A stretch of DNA of 64,000 nt, from NCBI RefSeq assembly GCF_964204645.1, contig NC_134026.1, forward strand, positions 23,222,150 to 23,286,149, read 5' to 3'. This document shows positions 1 through 37,591 of this stretch, piece by piece. The position numbers and the translations under genes are program-made. The notes beneath the pieces were generated by a model that saw only the letters and a program-made list of their open reading frames with translations, was not told where the DNA came from and searched no databases. Position 1 is the first letter of the stretch. Every line of letters begins with the position of its first letter. The DNA is from Tubulanus polymorphus (taxonomy: Eukaryota > Animalia > Nemertea).

Positions 1-247
1 TCCGGGTTGCTTTTTCCAGCAGGGTTTTGTTTAGTTTTGCCTGTTTGGGACATTTTTCATCATTAACCTTGTAACCTTGTTTCTAATAATGCTGAGGTTT
101 TGCTGATTTAATCCCACCCTGTATATTATATCATAGAACTAATACTTTCGTCGATGGTCATTTGACTGCAATAGAATATGTCTCACCTGGGGGCTATTAT
201 GGTACTATTTTGTATATTAGTCTAACTTTACTACCATTTTTTTACAG

Positions 248-3165
248 TTATCGCATTTCTAGTTGGACTTCATCAGAACAAACAGTTGATTGGCAAAAAT
301 GGCCTGCTTCCTGCTGACACTTACCTCGAAAACATTAAATCAAGAGAAGGGTTGCCTTGGAAATCATTTGCAACTGTCCCAACTCTAATGTGGTTTGTTG
401 ATTATAGAAACCACCTGGACTGGTGGCTGGATGGTTTTGCTTACAGTGGGCTAGCACTATCAGCATTTGTATTTTGGAATGGTGGAGCAAATATTATCAT
501 CATGTTATGTTTATGGATTCTATACCACACTATAGCTAATGTTGGACAGAGATGGTAAGGGATAGGCCTATAGCCGATTTTCAAAGCTAAGTTTACATAT
601 TTTTCGGTTCAGTTTTGATTTAACTCTTCATTATTGATTATCAAATGTTAATTTTCTTTTGTAATTAGGTATGGTTTTGGCTGGGAAAGTCAACTTCTAG
701 AGACAGGATTTTTGGCAGCTTTCTTTTGTCCCCTGTTCAGTGTGAAACGAATACCAAAACTAACGCCGCCACCCTGGGTGGTATTATGGGGTTTCAGGTG
801 GTTGATATTTAGGATAATGTTAGGTGCTGTAAGTGGTCCTAATTTTTAAAAAATCATTTTACAACAATTCTAATACATTCTTTGCTTCACTTGCGCTTAT
901 TCTAAAGATTTGAATTCCTCCTTTATTATCTACATAATTGTTGATTTCAGGGCTTGATAAAGATTAGAGGTGATAAATGCTGGAGAGATCTAACATGTAT
1001 GAACTATCATTATGAGGTACATTTAATTTTCAAAAACTTTGTTCGTTCAGAACTTAATCTGCTTTTATGCAATGTAAGAGTTTGACCATACTTTATGAAA
1101 TTTTTCTATTTGAGATTAAGAACTTATAAGAGTTTGTTCTTGACATCAGAATATTAATGTTTTTGGACTAGAAGGTTTTAAACATGATTTTTAGCCCACT
1201 TAGTTCCTGCGAGCTATTGCATTTACTTTTCATCCTTCTGTTCGTTCACTCCCCCATTCATAGTAACAATCCAGTTTGGAGGCGCGGATCCAGGATTTTT
1301 TCCAGGAGGGGGTTCATAAAAAATGTTAATGTTCAACTGCTGACAAAAATCTCTAATGATAGGGGGCCTCTTTCCGCCCACTTTGTCTTGAGTACATTCC
1401 TTTAAGAAAACAATTAAACATTTTATTTGGTTACTGAGCAGGTGGGCACGACCCCTGAAACCCTCCCTCTGGATCCGCGCCTGGTTTTTTGGGAAGTTTT
1501 GAAGACGCTTCAATTGATATTTAGTTTATGAGTGGATCTACCCTAGACACATCTGCCAAAACCTAGTAGAATAAATCCCACATTAATTCATTTCAGACTC
1601 AACCGGTTCCCAACCCGATGGCTTACTTCATGCATCAAGAACCCGAAGCTATGCATAAGTTTGAGACATTGTCGAACCACTTTGTGGAACTTATTGCTCC
1701 ATTTCTGCTTCTCATTCCAATACGTCCATTGATGATTACTGGAGGTCTTATACAGATTCTATTTCAAGTAAATATATTGTTTTCCAACAAGTCAGGATTG
1801 CGGTAATCTCTGTCTACGGTAACTTGGATATGCATAACTCTGAATAAAGATATTTCTTAAAAATTCAGACTTCTTTGCACTCTATATGATATTGCGTTCC
1901 AAATTTGTTGAGGTGTTCTATCAGAGGAGGGAAAAGTTATCTGTACCTTTGTGACTTAGGCCCTATTTGTTTTTTTCTATCTCTAGGCTGTACTTATAAT
2001 AAGTGGTAATCTCAGTTTTCTGAACTGGTTGACAATTCTGCCAAGTATTTGCAGCATTGATGATCGGTTTCTCGCCATTTTCTTCTCTCAAAAACCTGGA
2101 GGAACAAAGTGGCAGGTTTCTCAGCTGCAACGTGAAGCTAAAGTAGGGAAAAGAAAAACGTGGGGTACGAAGTCTAAACTAATTTCCTTTGACTGTATTC
2201 AGAATATGACTAATTGAGTTATTTCTTTCTAACTTATCAGTGATTTGTCTGTTTTTAGGTCAATATGTTCGCAGTTCATTCCATCTTGCTTTGGCAGCTA
2301 TGATAGGATATCTTAGTTTACCAGTTGTTCAAAATTTGTTGTCTCAAAAACAGCTAATGAATACCTCTTTTGAGCCACTCAGAATTGTCAACACCTATGG
2401 AGCATTCGGAAGGTAGAGAAGACCTCTTATTTAGTGAAGGTTTTTAAAGATTTTTTTCTTATAACCTACTTCCTTTCACTGGAAATCTTCTTTGTATTTG
2501 CAGTATTACTAAAGAACGCACAGAGATAATATTTCAAGGTACATATGATGATCCAGGTGACCCATCAGCCCGCTGGCTGGACTATGAATTCAAGTGTAAA
2601 CCCGGGAATGTGTATCGCCGTCCATGTCTCATTTCTCCTTATCATTATCGTCTCGATTGGCTCATGTGGTTTGCTGCTTTTCAGGTAATTTGATATTACC
2701 ATATACACATCTCTAAAAGATAATTGGCGTCTAATATTTACACAGAAATGTATGAACTTATTCCTCTTTCTTTTTTTTCGATTTCAGAATTATCAGTATA
2801 ATCCATGGTTAGTGCATTTAGCAGCTAAGTTATTGGCTAACGATCCCGGTGCGACATCACTCATATCTCATAATCCTTTTATCGATAAAAAGCCTCCAAG
2901 GTAATTGTGTAAGCAGAGTACGACTAAAAATCACGGGTTTGACTACAATTAAAAAAATGAACGATTCCTATTTCTGGTTCCTTTCAGGTTTATCAGAGCT
3001 CAGCATTTTCGTTACACCTGGGCAAAATTTTACAGCAAAGCAGCTAGCAAAGGACAGTGGTGGAAACGGAAGTATATCGGGGAATATCTGCCAGCAATTT
3101 CATTGGATAGTCTTAAACAATTCCTTCGTCAAATGGGATGGCCAGTTCCAAGACTTCCCAAATAA
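248..3165 (+). CDS. LMF1: Lipase maturation factor 1 (5' part outside window). Exons 248-554, 669-828, 951-1016, 1597-1767, 1987-2164, 2259-2412, 2504-2684, 2788-2900, 2988-3165
   Basis: GT-AG exons splice in frame and give LMF hallmark peptides: QNKQLIGKNGLLP, GQRWYGFGWESQLLETGFL, GLIKIRGDKCWRDLTCMNYHYETQPVPNP, IISGNLSFLNWLT, NTYGAFGSITKER, YEFKCKPG, SPYHYRLDWLMWFAAFQ, GQWWKRKYIGEY. It ends shortly after this, without the long LMF2-type C-terminal extension. Confidence 0.95.
1280..1482. mobile_element. MITE-like element in an LMF1 intron
   Basis: Perfect 14-bp terminal inverted repeats aggcgcggatccag (1280-1293) / ctggatccgcgcct (1469-1482), about 200 bp, non-coding. Related ends occur near 26563 and 61918. 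Confidence 0.75.
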
Positions 3166-3251
3166 AGATTATCTGTAGCTTTTATTCTTCAATTTATGGG
3201 GATTTTGATTTTCAATTTATTTTCACTGTTCTTTGTCGAAATAAGTCGTCT

Positions 3252-3409
3252 GGGATCATTCATTTATTACGTACGCATTAGGGGAGGGAGGAAGAGTATG
3301 TGCAAGTGCGTACTGTAATGCTTAATGTATATGAAAAAATGGCCGATTTTGTGTGCAAGGGGGGTTGAAAAAGTCAAATTTTATGCGTACGTAATAAATT
3401 AATGATCCC
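3252..3409. mobile_element. MITE just downstream of the LMF1 stop (probable 3' UTR)
   Basis: 27-bp TIRs gggatcattcatttattacgtacgcat / atgcgtacgtaataaattaatgatccc with 1 mismatch, flanked on both sides by tct (candidate 3-bp TSD). Confidence 0.85.
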
Positions 3410-4272
3410 TCTGTATTCTAACTTGCATGCCCTCATGTGTCAAACATTTTTCAACGTATGTATTTTGTAGTAATTTATGAATGTAGATTTCTGTTTGTGA
3501 GATACATTATCAAGTATTAAATGTACACTTTATTCACTAATAGGCTTTTCAAATCAACGAAAATTGAGCGCATTTTGCAAAATAAATAATGTTGCTATGA
3601 TTCATTTCTTTGACTGATTCATTTGTTTCAAGGCTTCCAATCAGTCCCGCTCCAGCCGTATTATGAGCACAGGAAATGTATCTTATTCTCTCGTAAGTAA
3701 AGAAGACTCTTATCCGCTTAGAAACGTCCAAACCATGTACATGTGAAATCTTTTGGTTAGTCTTACCAGATGGTAATTGGGGCAACCGTTTCGGCTATTT
3801 CCATTGAAAATTTCGAAACATTTTCCACATGAAAATTTATTTACAAGCGTATGTGTAAAACGTACAATTTTTTTTTATAGTAATTCAAAACCATGATATA
3901 TAGATTTAAATATGTGCGCACAAAAGTTAATACAAGTCACATTAATATTGTTCTCAACCCCAACCGTAGCATCATATCCCCTTAAAAATGTATCTAAAAT
4001 CTATCCGAAGTCAGTTCTTAGTCATCTCTGTATTGGTCCTCCAAACCTAATAAATGCTAGCTTAAACCGCATTCCAGCAGTACATCACATTCTTCAACCA
4101 AGTTCACTGGTTGTATTAAGTAGGTACGTTTATTCCGGGCACATCTTCAGCCACGTGGATAATGTGAACGCCTCCTGGAAAATGGAAAATGCATCATTTG
4201 CGCTTGTTCTAAAGTGAATGAACCGCATTCGACAGAAAAGCTTCAATTTCTGTGTCCATTTGATATGTAAAT

Positions 4273-28609
<24,337 letters not shown>

Positions 28610-30611
28610 TTCGAACCCGCGAAGACCATGTCAGCGCATTTTATAACGATGTGATGGCAGGTGTACAGTTTTATCCGCAGTGTAACTCGGAGTTTGCCAG
28701 GATCGACCGCCGCCGCCGCGTTGTTTTTGTTGTTGCTTTAATATCGCATCGTCTGCGCGAAGCGTTGGTTTATATGAACATCAACAGTTGATGAAGTTTG
28801 TTACCGCGCATGATGCTAATAGTGAGAATGGCGATAACCGCATCCGCAGCAGAATCAAGCTCCCGAGATTGACAGAATAGCAAAGAAACGCTGCGCGACG
28901 TACGCACGTAACGCGGCCGTCGCCTGGGAGGACAAAAAACGTGTCATCGTACAAACCTAGAGTTGCCCGGTTTAAATAACCGGTGACCGAATTAGTCGTA
29001 TATAGGACGAACGACGACAATAAATGATAGCATCAGAATGCCTTAAAAAGTTACCCAATTATCATTAGTATGAATCCTTTACACTTTTCTAGACCTACAT
29101 GCATTCGTGCTGAAGGGGATTCGAGGAACTATGTTTTTACAGATACATATATGATATGATATTTCGACCGCAGTTTTCCAAGAATAAAAATGATAACGAA
29201 TGCACATTGATGAATTATTTTATGCGCGTGCCTGCGCACATTTCAGCATTTCCGGGACGTTTTCATTTCAGGTTTTTTCTGGTTTTAACCGAGTTTTGAA
29301 AGTTAGTGAATTAGTTATCAGCCGAGGTGATGCTGACTTATACAGGATATTCAGTATGTAATGGGGCATTTTAATCCCGATGGTACCTATCCAAACATTA
29401 TGAGGTAGAGGCATAAAGTGGTCTGGATACGAGTTGTATATCACACGATGAATGTATAGAGATAAAGGAGATATAATTAGTTTTTACACAACTTACGTCC
29501 ATTTGAATTACATAGTATGGTCATTTTATAATTCATTTTCTTTGTGTCCTTGCAAGCCCAAAGTAAAGAAATAAAGCATTTACAATTTTTTTTAAATCTA
29601 TTTTTTTTTACTTATTTCCATAGTATGAGTTCGTTTTTTCTAAGAGCCTTTGTAGAAAAAAAGTGACGTTTTGACAGGCAGTTAAAGAAGAGGAATAAAG
29701 TAAAGCGAAAATTATGTGAAAATTGAAATAACAACATGACTTACGATAAAGCCGTCTATTCTTATGTGAAGATTTATATAGATTTATTGCCCCAGTCGTT
29801 TTGACAGTTTAACGATTTGCCTTTGAATTCATGTGTCATTGTTAAAACACGCAGTAATTTAATATCACTTTCATTGGCAGCGTCATTTTACAAAGCATTT
29901 TGAGCACTGACATTAATAGCGCTAACCTCATTTTTATGTTTTAGTGTAAGTAAATTCTTTACCAAATTTATAAAGCTCTTCTTCGCAATTTGAAGATAAA
30001 ACATTTAGAAATTCTTTTTATAATAGAAGCTCCTCACTCTCTTCTCTCTCCATACAACTCACAAGAATTGATGAAATAATATCTCGTTTTTTATTCCTTA
30101 ACAAATTCGAGTATAGAAACACTTACACAATTTCAGCAAGGCCCAATGTTTATCGTAGGCGAACCACTAGTTTAACGTGGTATAATGATCTTATCATTTT
30201 TAAAGAACATTCCATAAATTCAGCAGGTAATCGGTTGGTGTGTAAGTTATACATCCATAGATATTCGAGGCTACTAAGTGCACTGGAATAGGTGTCGTGT
30301 CAGAATGTTCTGGCCAAGGTTTTTATAAAGAAGAAGATACGATGTGTAAATGAGCTACCAACGTAGAGAGGATGCTTATTAATTTGCGCGAAACGCAACA
30401 GTCTTTCAGTCTTTTAGGCAAATCAGTACAGTTTGTCTAGAATTTAGAACAACCCTGTGGTATGACGTGCATCCTATATATATATGTACATAATAATAAA
30501 ATACTACGAATCAAATTTCCATGGACAAAATTAATTCATTCATATTTATACAAAAGATATACATAGCACCATTACTGTTGAATTATACACAAATTGTTGC
30601 CTAAGAAACCC

Positions 30612-33600
30612 TCAGCGTGTCTGGAGAGAGCCATTGACTTCAGATTGAATGCAGCTTCCACAAGTCGGGCACTGCTCCTGCGGTGGCGTTGGAATTGGGG
30701 CGGGTGGTGGAAGTAACTGCGGCAACAGGGTTCCATCTGTTGTTCTTAAATTTGTTTCGGCGCCATTTTCATTAGGTGCGACGTGTTCTTCCTCCTGTTT
30801 AATCATGAAAGTATCGACAACAGGGGCTGCCAACCTCAGTTCACATTCATACCATAGGTCCGGTCCTGAAATGAATATTTAGAATTCAGTTAGAATTGAT
30901 TAGACGCAATCAATTGTGAAACTCGACTTTTCAAATAAGGTTTTATCTTTGACTATTTTTTCAAATACGGAAATCAACTTTGATTATCGATCTAAGTGGT
31001 CTAGTGCAAACACATTATAACACATCGCCTATCGTTGTATTAGCAAATACCGCGATTTTTGGAACAGTAAATCAAAAAAGTAGTGCAAATAAATATCTAT
31101 CGGGTCGATACATAAAATTTGCTTTGAGTTTAGCCAATTCGAGTGCAACAGGCGGAATACTTAGGCGAAGTCTTAAGTACATTGAGATAGCTGTCTGAAG
31201 AAGTTTAGCATATACTCCAAGGCTAACGATGAGTGGAGTGGTTTTGATCCTTTGGTTAGTAACTTAACGGCGCTTGCAAAATATTTGTCTAAATACACAA
31301 ACAAAAGATCAAACCGAACGCCGAATGTTCTTCGTATCAATATATACGGTAACAATTCGCATTATTATCTCAGACCTGTCAGTCAATTTCGCTCGATTTT
31401 TTTGAAACTCGAACAAAGCAATACTGTTTAACGATATGGCATCGAAAGACCCTTTAAAGTTCAAGTCGGTATCTAAATAGTTTGAATGAACTGGATGTAT
31501 TGTTTTCGAATTTATATGCGTCGCTGGTACAAAAATGCAAAATTGCTTATGAATGGAAAGAAAATATTCGATGTTTTCTTAAATACAAACAGACTTGTTT
31601 ATGCATTGAAATGGTAAAATCTATGGTTAGAAATACCACTTGTCAATGAATTCAATCGTTCCCTAACGACTGCCTGGTGTTTCAATGAACGATAATTGAA
31701 AATCATTTTATAAAAATAGTAAAGCATAATGACGGTAAAAAATCTACTAATTATACGATTTTACCTAATGCAAGAGATGATTTTCCATTGAATACAAAAT
31801 TCGCCCTGGTAAAAAATGGGATATGCCATGCGTGACATAGCAATAAGATTCTCACGACCCCAACTTGAGCGGATTTGACGTGGCTGATGAACGCTGCGAT
31901 GAGTGTTAACGCAATTCCCTGTAAATTAAAACAAAAGTTTTTTTTTTCGTATATACTACTAATATAAAGTTCTTTCAAACTCATCATTTGCTTCTCTTTT
32001 ATTTTGAATATACCTGATGTTGCCATTTAGGATCAGTGCAAATAGAATGAATGATCAGATTCTCTGAAAAGAACACGTGTTTATCATTAACAAAAATCCA
32101 ACCCACTCGCTACACCACAGTCAACTGACTGCATTGTTCTGTAATAACTTATTTTTATTCATTTCATTTAAAAAATTGCAGTTAAAAAACTAGTTTGGCT
32201 TGTGTGTGTAGTTTATCTATAGTACAAACCTCCAGTTGGCATGTGTGTATCGAAAGTGTCCGCTGTAATGTGGCTTCCGTAGTAACGAGTTGCCCATATG
32301 AACTAGATTCGAAAGTAAAAGAAACTTGATCACTCATCATCACAAATACAAAGACTTATACAGAATTCTATTTTTGAGAAAGTAATGACGATGGCACATG
32401 CAACAAATTCTGAATTTCATCTTCGCGACCTATTCGAACAAAAAGTTGGTCGTTGCATAATTGAAATATCTACTTTTTGTATGACCGGCTAGAGAAAATC
32501 ACGCTATTATGGCTTGCCAAAGGTTTCCAAAGTACTACTACGTGGGCAATACTAGGACAGTGCCACCAGAGGCTGGGGCAAATTAGTGAACAAGTTGTTC
32601 AACGATAGGGTACTCCTATTGGAGAAATATAACCAGGACAAATCGATACTTACGCTAATAAGTTTTTCGCCATCAAAGTAACCCAGGCATAGATCCTCTG
32701 CCACCTTGTGGATGTTTATGAATGTCTTCAATGATGGTAACTCGTCCTCACAGTATACTTAAAATACAACCGTTTCCATTAGTTATTTTCCTGTTATATG
32801 TATATATAGAAAGATTTACAGTTATCAATTTTCCTATCCTGAGACTACACGAATTTGCGATTGTACCGTCAGAATTTCTAGACAATTAATCATGTTATTT
32901 TGAAAATCAAACCAAACATTGAAAATTATGCATTGCTTGGTGAAAAAGGAGACAACTTAGGGTAGCGCTAGGGTTTTATGGGTTTATTCTTGATATAGCA
33001 AGATGTGTTATAGGCCTATACTTTGTTAGGATCTATCAAATTAATCAAATTCAAATAACGCGTACTAACAAGTTTAAAACATGCACTTAATGATGTCGCA
33101 CGGACTGTTACACACAAATGAGCCTTTCTATTCTTTTTAGAATCAAAATACGCAACGGAGGAAGCGATTATCCCTACATAATAATCATCTACTCCAAGTA
33201 TAATCGCTAGACGTTAAGTCTGGCGTAAAATCGACCAATATTCAAGCACACGACAACTTAGTAAAAGCAGTTACAAATCACGCATTGTCCTTTCACTACG
33301 TGACATCTCTTTTCACTAATCGGGATCCCGCTTATTTATGACAATTTTCTCGAGGCAATTGCCGGTTGGCATGTGGGAATTCCGTCGTAGCTAGCCACAT
33401 GGTTCCCCGTCTTTTAGTGAATATATGTCACGTTTACGACTATTTATCAATTTGTCAAAAGAATTGAATGTAGAGTATTTTATGCGTTCAGCAGATTCAT
33501 GTGTGTTTCTCGTTTTAAACTGGCCGTTTTAGTTTTCCAATGCATACTACGATTAATCGTGGACTCTAAAACCAATTTAGAGTCCATGACTTAATTCGCA

Positions 33601-34069
33601 AAAATTGAAATATATATTCTATGCAATGTTTGAATCCAATCGAATGTCTTTAGGGCACAACCCGGTAAAGCTGCTTTTGTCCTGTACCGTCCCTGGAGGC
33701 ATAGGATATGTTCAATGGCCACACAATAAGCTAAATCATGAGAATTAACACGAAAGTAAGATTTCGTTTCAATAGATGAACATTTTTTGAATACCATTCA
33801 TCATATTTCGCGTTTTTCACACAGGCCGCTTAAACTCTTGTACATTATCTATTTTCGAAAATCCACGATCAAAACAAGATGGTTGCTATTCAAGTTCCAT
33901 TGATATCGTCAGATTCGAAATGCCCTGTTTTTCTCCTACCTGAAAGCGCTATTTCATAGACTTGCGCAACTTCGTCCGGTAATAGACATCGTATTGTATA
34001 AGTCCTGTCGCGAGTTTCTAGTTTCGATGAAAAATATTTTTGCGTTCCGTGGACAGCTGCAACTGGCAT
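30612..34069 (-). CDS. GNAT-family arylalkylamine/polyamine N-acetyltransferase-like protein (non-vertebrate AANAT / Paa1-like), about 254 aa. Exons 34069-33940, 32757-32654, 32302-32230, 32063-32014, 31918-31765, 30865-30612
   Basis: All six exons join in phase via GT-AG and give TIRCLLPDEVAQVYEI, EDLCLGYFDGEKLISFIWAT, HMPTGENLIIHSICTDPKWQHQGIA (motif A Q/RxxGxA), RILLLCHAWHIPFFTRANF and GPDLWYE. These are collinear with recalled AANAT motifs (FRCLTPED, LSLGWF.EGRLVAFIIGS, HVLAV...RQQGKG, RAVLMCE..LVPFY.RFGF). Confidence 0.85.
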
Positions 34070-34728
34070 TATGATTTTTTGTGAATAGATGAAATCCGAT
34101 ATTGACTGTTCTATCTATTGGATCTAATGATATCCAGTGACTTGAGTAAAAAATCGCGTTTGCGCGCACCGAGTTGTTCTCGTTACAAGTTCCAAGTCCG
34201 CTTCGACAGATCAGAGCAACGCGGGACGTGCGCACCCGCTGGGGTTTACGTGACTATTAAGGACGTTCGTTTGTGTTTGCCTTTTGTATAGCAGGAAAAT
34301 TAAGTGGAATTATTTAACGACATGAAATGTCGTTTTCATGTCAGATCGTCTGCAATTCTTTGAAGAAACATACCGGTATAGCGACGTTTAGCACAAAATT
34401 GATTGACGAAATAATTTCTATATTATTCCCGAATTATCCGATAGAAATTCCTATCGCCTTTTTATTTTCCGTCGGTGAACCCCTATAATCAATAACCTGT
34501 TTGTGGTTTAGTTACCCGGTACACGATCTGACATTTTGACACCACAAGCCCATCTGATAATTTATTATAAGAGCTTACCACACACGAGCACCAAATACGA
34601 GCGGCCCTGCGTGCTTACCACCAATGACTTTTTAGGTAAACCACCTCAGCCCCACAGTTTGAGAAATGTATTCGCCACCGGGGCTCGTATTTGAAGTTTG
34701 GGGGTGAACTGTTAGCTTAGATCATCGA

Positions 34729-34784
34729 ATCCCTGGTACTATATAAAAATATATATTTCTTTTTATATATATAGTACCAGGGAT
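34729..34784. repeat. Hairpin/palindrome in the divergent promoter region
   Basis: 17-bp perfect arms atccctggtactatata / tatatagtaccagggat around an AT-rich spacer. Confidence 0.8.
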
Positions 34785-35038
34785 ACTGGATGCTACTTGT
34801 ATAAATGTACGATAATAGAGCACATAATTTTTTTTAATTCTCAGAGTGGAAAAATATCGTCAGAAAATTGCTATGAGATCAACTGGAAATAAAACTTGAA
34901 CAAAACCGCCATCTCGGCATCGGATTGTAGTAGTTATCGTAAAGTGCTGCCACCTTCATCCTCCAAACGCGCCATCTTGTTTTCAAATCTGATTTTCGCT
35001 CTAGTTTTTTATCAACATTAGTGAAAAACGCGATAGAA

Positions 35039-37591
35039 ATGTGGGGAAACGATGGAAGTATGTAAGATCTAATAGCCTAGATACAAAATCTATGTGACGG
35101 ATGCATTATCACACAATGTCATCATGATGTTTTGCATAATTTATAAAGAAAACACGGGATTTGTGGCGGCACCTTCCACATTTCTTGTATCTTCCGCTGC
35201 TCTGGCATTTAAGTTTTATTCCACCGAGTAAACGATAATTTGCCGCCCTCAATATATAATAAGATACACTGATAAGAAATAACAAAAATGGGTCTAACTG
35301 CATTTTGGGTCACCTATCCACTGGGTGGCGCTAGTGTTATTAAAGAATAGTGTTATGGTAAGGTTAGAGGTACATAACATAACCACGAGGGACACCTCAC
35401 TGCAGTCGCTCCCAAAAATGATTATATAGGGTCAGGGCGCTAAGCCACACACCTCACAAAAATTTGTGTAAATTTACCAAGCCTGGGCTAGCCTACTAAC
35501 TAACTAATTAGGGTAAAAGTGCAGATCCGCACCTCTCCATGTAAACAGTTCAATCAATTTCATTAAATACCATTGTTTCAGATTCAAAATGTCATCAGCA
35601 ATTCAGTACATTGCCATTGGTTAATTTTAAGATATCTTCACTAGAGAGAATAGAAAGATTTTAGCCTGGATTCTGTCATTCCGCAGATTGCGTCAATCAC
35701 GAGAGGTGCGGATCTGCACTTTAACCCTAATTAGTAACTAGAGAGTTATCTGTGAAATTGCCATCAACTGGAAAATGCAGTGTCGGTAAAATATTACCTG
35801 CCCATTATAAAGAGAATCCCGTATAATGATGAATTGATTTCCCATTTTATTAGATTTTCAGAACTACCCTCAGCAAGGAGGGTCAGGAGGTGGAGGCTTT
35901 ATGAATTCTCCCGGATTTGGTTCCCCATCAATCGGTACATTAGATAAAAAGGTAAATTAGCGATCAAAACAGGTACGAAAATGTGATAGAAATGAAAGAA
36001 ACAAAATTTTTAGAATTCTCTTAAAACATTCTTTTCCAGAAATCTAGATCGAATAACCTGATACCATGTACTGTTGCTGGCATCATGGACGCTGAAATAA
36101 TCGATGGTAAATTTTTTGCGGTGAATGGAAATGTTGAATTAAACCAGGTGGCGCTTGTAGCTCTCATTCGTTCAGTGAACGAGACATCTTCGCGTATTGA
36201 TTATATAGTTGATGATATGACCGGTCCACCGTTTGAAGTCAAACAGTTTGTCGATAATGAAGTAAGTGCTGACGACGATAAGTGCTTCCATTTTAGAAAT
36301 TGGCATATTTGGATGGGACTTTATATTTTTTAGGAAGGGACGCCTGAAGAAGATAAAGTGAAGCCATTGACTGAAAATACATACGTTCGAATGTTTGGCC
36401 ACCTACGAGCATTTCAGGACAAGAGAAGTCTTGCCGCATTTAAAGTTGAACCAGTGACCGACATGAATGACCTAACGACTCATATATTAGAAGTGATCTA
36501 CAGTTGTCTGTGGTATACAAAGGCACAAAATCAGGTCCATATTAATATCAGATTGATTTGTAGACATTTTGGAAAATGTTTTGAACTGTGCAGTGGAATT
36601 CTGTTATAACGCCATCCTTTTTAATGCCACTGCTCACGCCAACATTTTCCAGAGAACAAATTTGCTCGATCTAACTTACTCAAATTCATTGGAAATACCA
36701 TTCTTTATAACGCCATGTTTTTTTATTGGTCCCAGACATGGAATTTTGAAATCCCTTAACCATTTTGAAATTGCTCTTATTTCTATAGCCAGCAGAGGGA
36801 AGCAATACGGCATCAAAAGGAGGAATGGTGGATTATGGCAACACTGGAAATAGTAATTCTTATCAAAGTGTAGACAGTGGCCTGACACCTATACAAAATC
36901 AGGTGATTACTCCCAAAATGATAATTCCAATTTGAAATAGATTGGATTTTACCTATGTTTCAATGTCTTTTCAATAGGTCCATAAAGTGATACGCGCAGC
37001 GACTGGTGAACAAGGAATAGGTCGTTCAGAGATTGGCTTCCAAATGAGAGGAATTCCTGAAAAACAGATTCGGTCAGTTTTCGGTACACCAAAAAATCTG
37101 TTTGAATCGATATCCAGTATCGAAATTAATTGAATTATCTTACTTGGGACAAAATTCTATAGTTGTTATGCAGTTGTTATTCATCAGATGTAACAGATAT
37201 AGAATTTTGTCCCAATTAAGAAAATTAAATCAATTCCATACTGGATATATAACGAACTATCAGTTATAACGAACAGATTCTGGTTCCATGAGGTTCCAGT
37301 GTATCATAATTTGTTCATTATAATGTGTTCCACTGTAGAAATAATGTACATTTTAGATTATAAAGGTTCCTAAAAAAACATATCCAGTACGCAGAGACAA
37401 ATTAAATGACATTTTACCAATTTCGTTATCCCGCTTACCAGCGATGAAAATGCATATTTGGATATGAATGATTGGTTAATCATATTAGTTTAATACTATC
37501 TTTTTCCAGTGATGCAATCGATTTTCTCAGCGGGGAAGGACATATCTATTCCACAATCGACGATGATCACTTTAGAACCACGGATAGCTAG
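35039..37591 (+). CDS. RPA2: Replication protein A 32 kDa subunit. Exons 35039-35057, 35854-35951, 36040-36261, 36334-36534, 36789-36902, 36978-37072, 37510-37591
   Basis: MW start, [14 protein letters not shown] phosphorylation region, OB fold ([45 protein letters not shown]) and winged-helix end ([23 protein letters not shown]). Confidence 0.96.
35503..35735. mobile_element. MITE in RPA2 intron 1
   Basis: 35-bp inverted repeats actaattagggtaaaagtgcagatccgcacctctc / gagaggtgcggatctgcactttaaccctaattagt with 1 mismatch. Confidence 0.85.
37110..37248. mobile_element. Foldback/MITE-like inverted repeat in RPA2 intron 6
   Basis: Imperfect arms of about 50 bp: atatccagtat...ttgggacaaaattctata versus tatagaattttgtcccaa...atactggatat. 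Confidence 0.7.

Noticed and set aside
35721-35731. taaccctaa as a telomerase RNA template
   Set aside because: It lies within a MITE terminal repeat and has no supporting structure.
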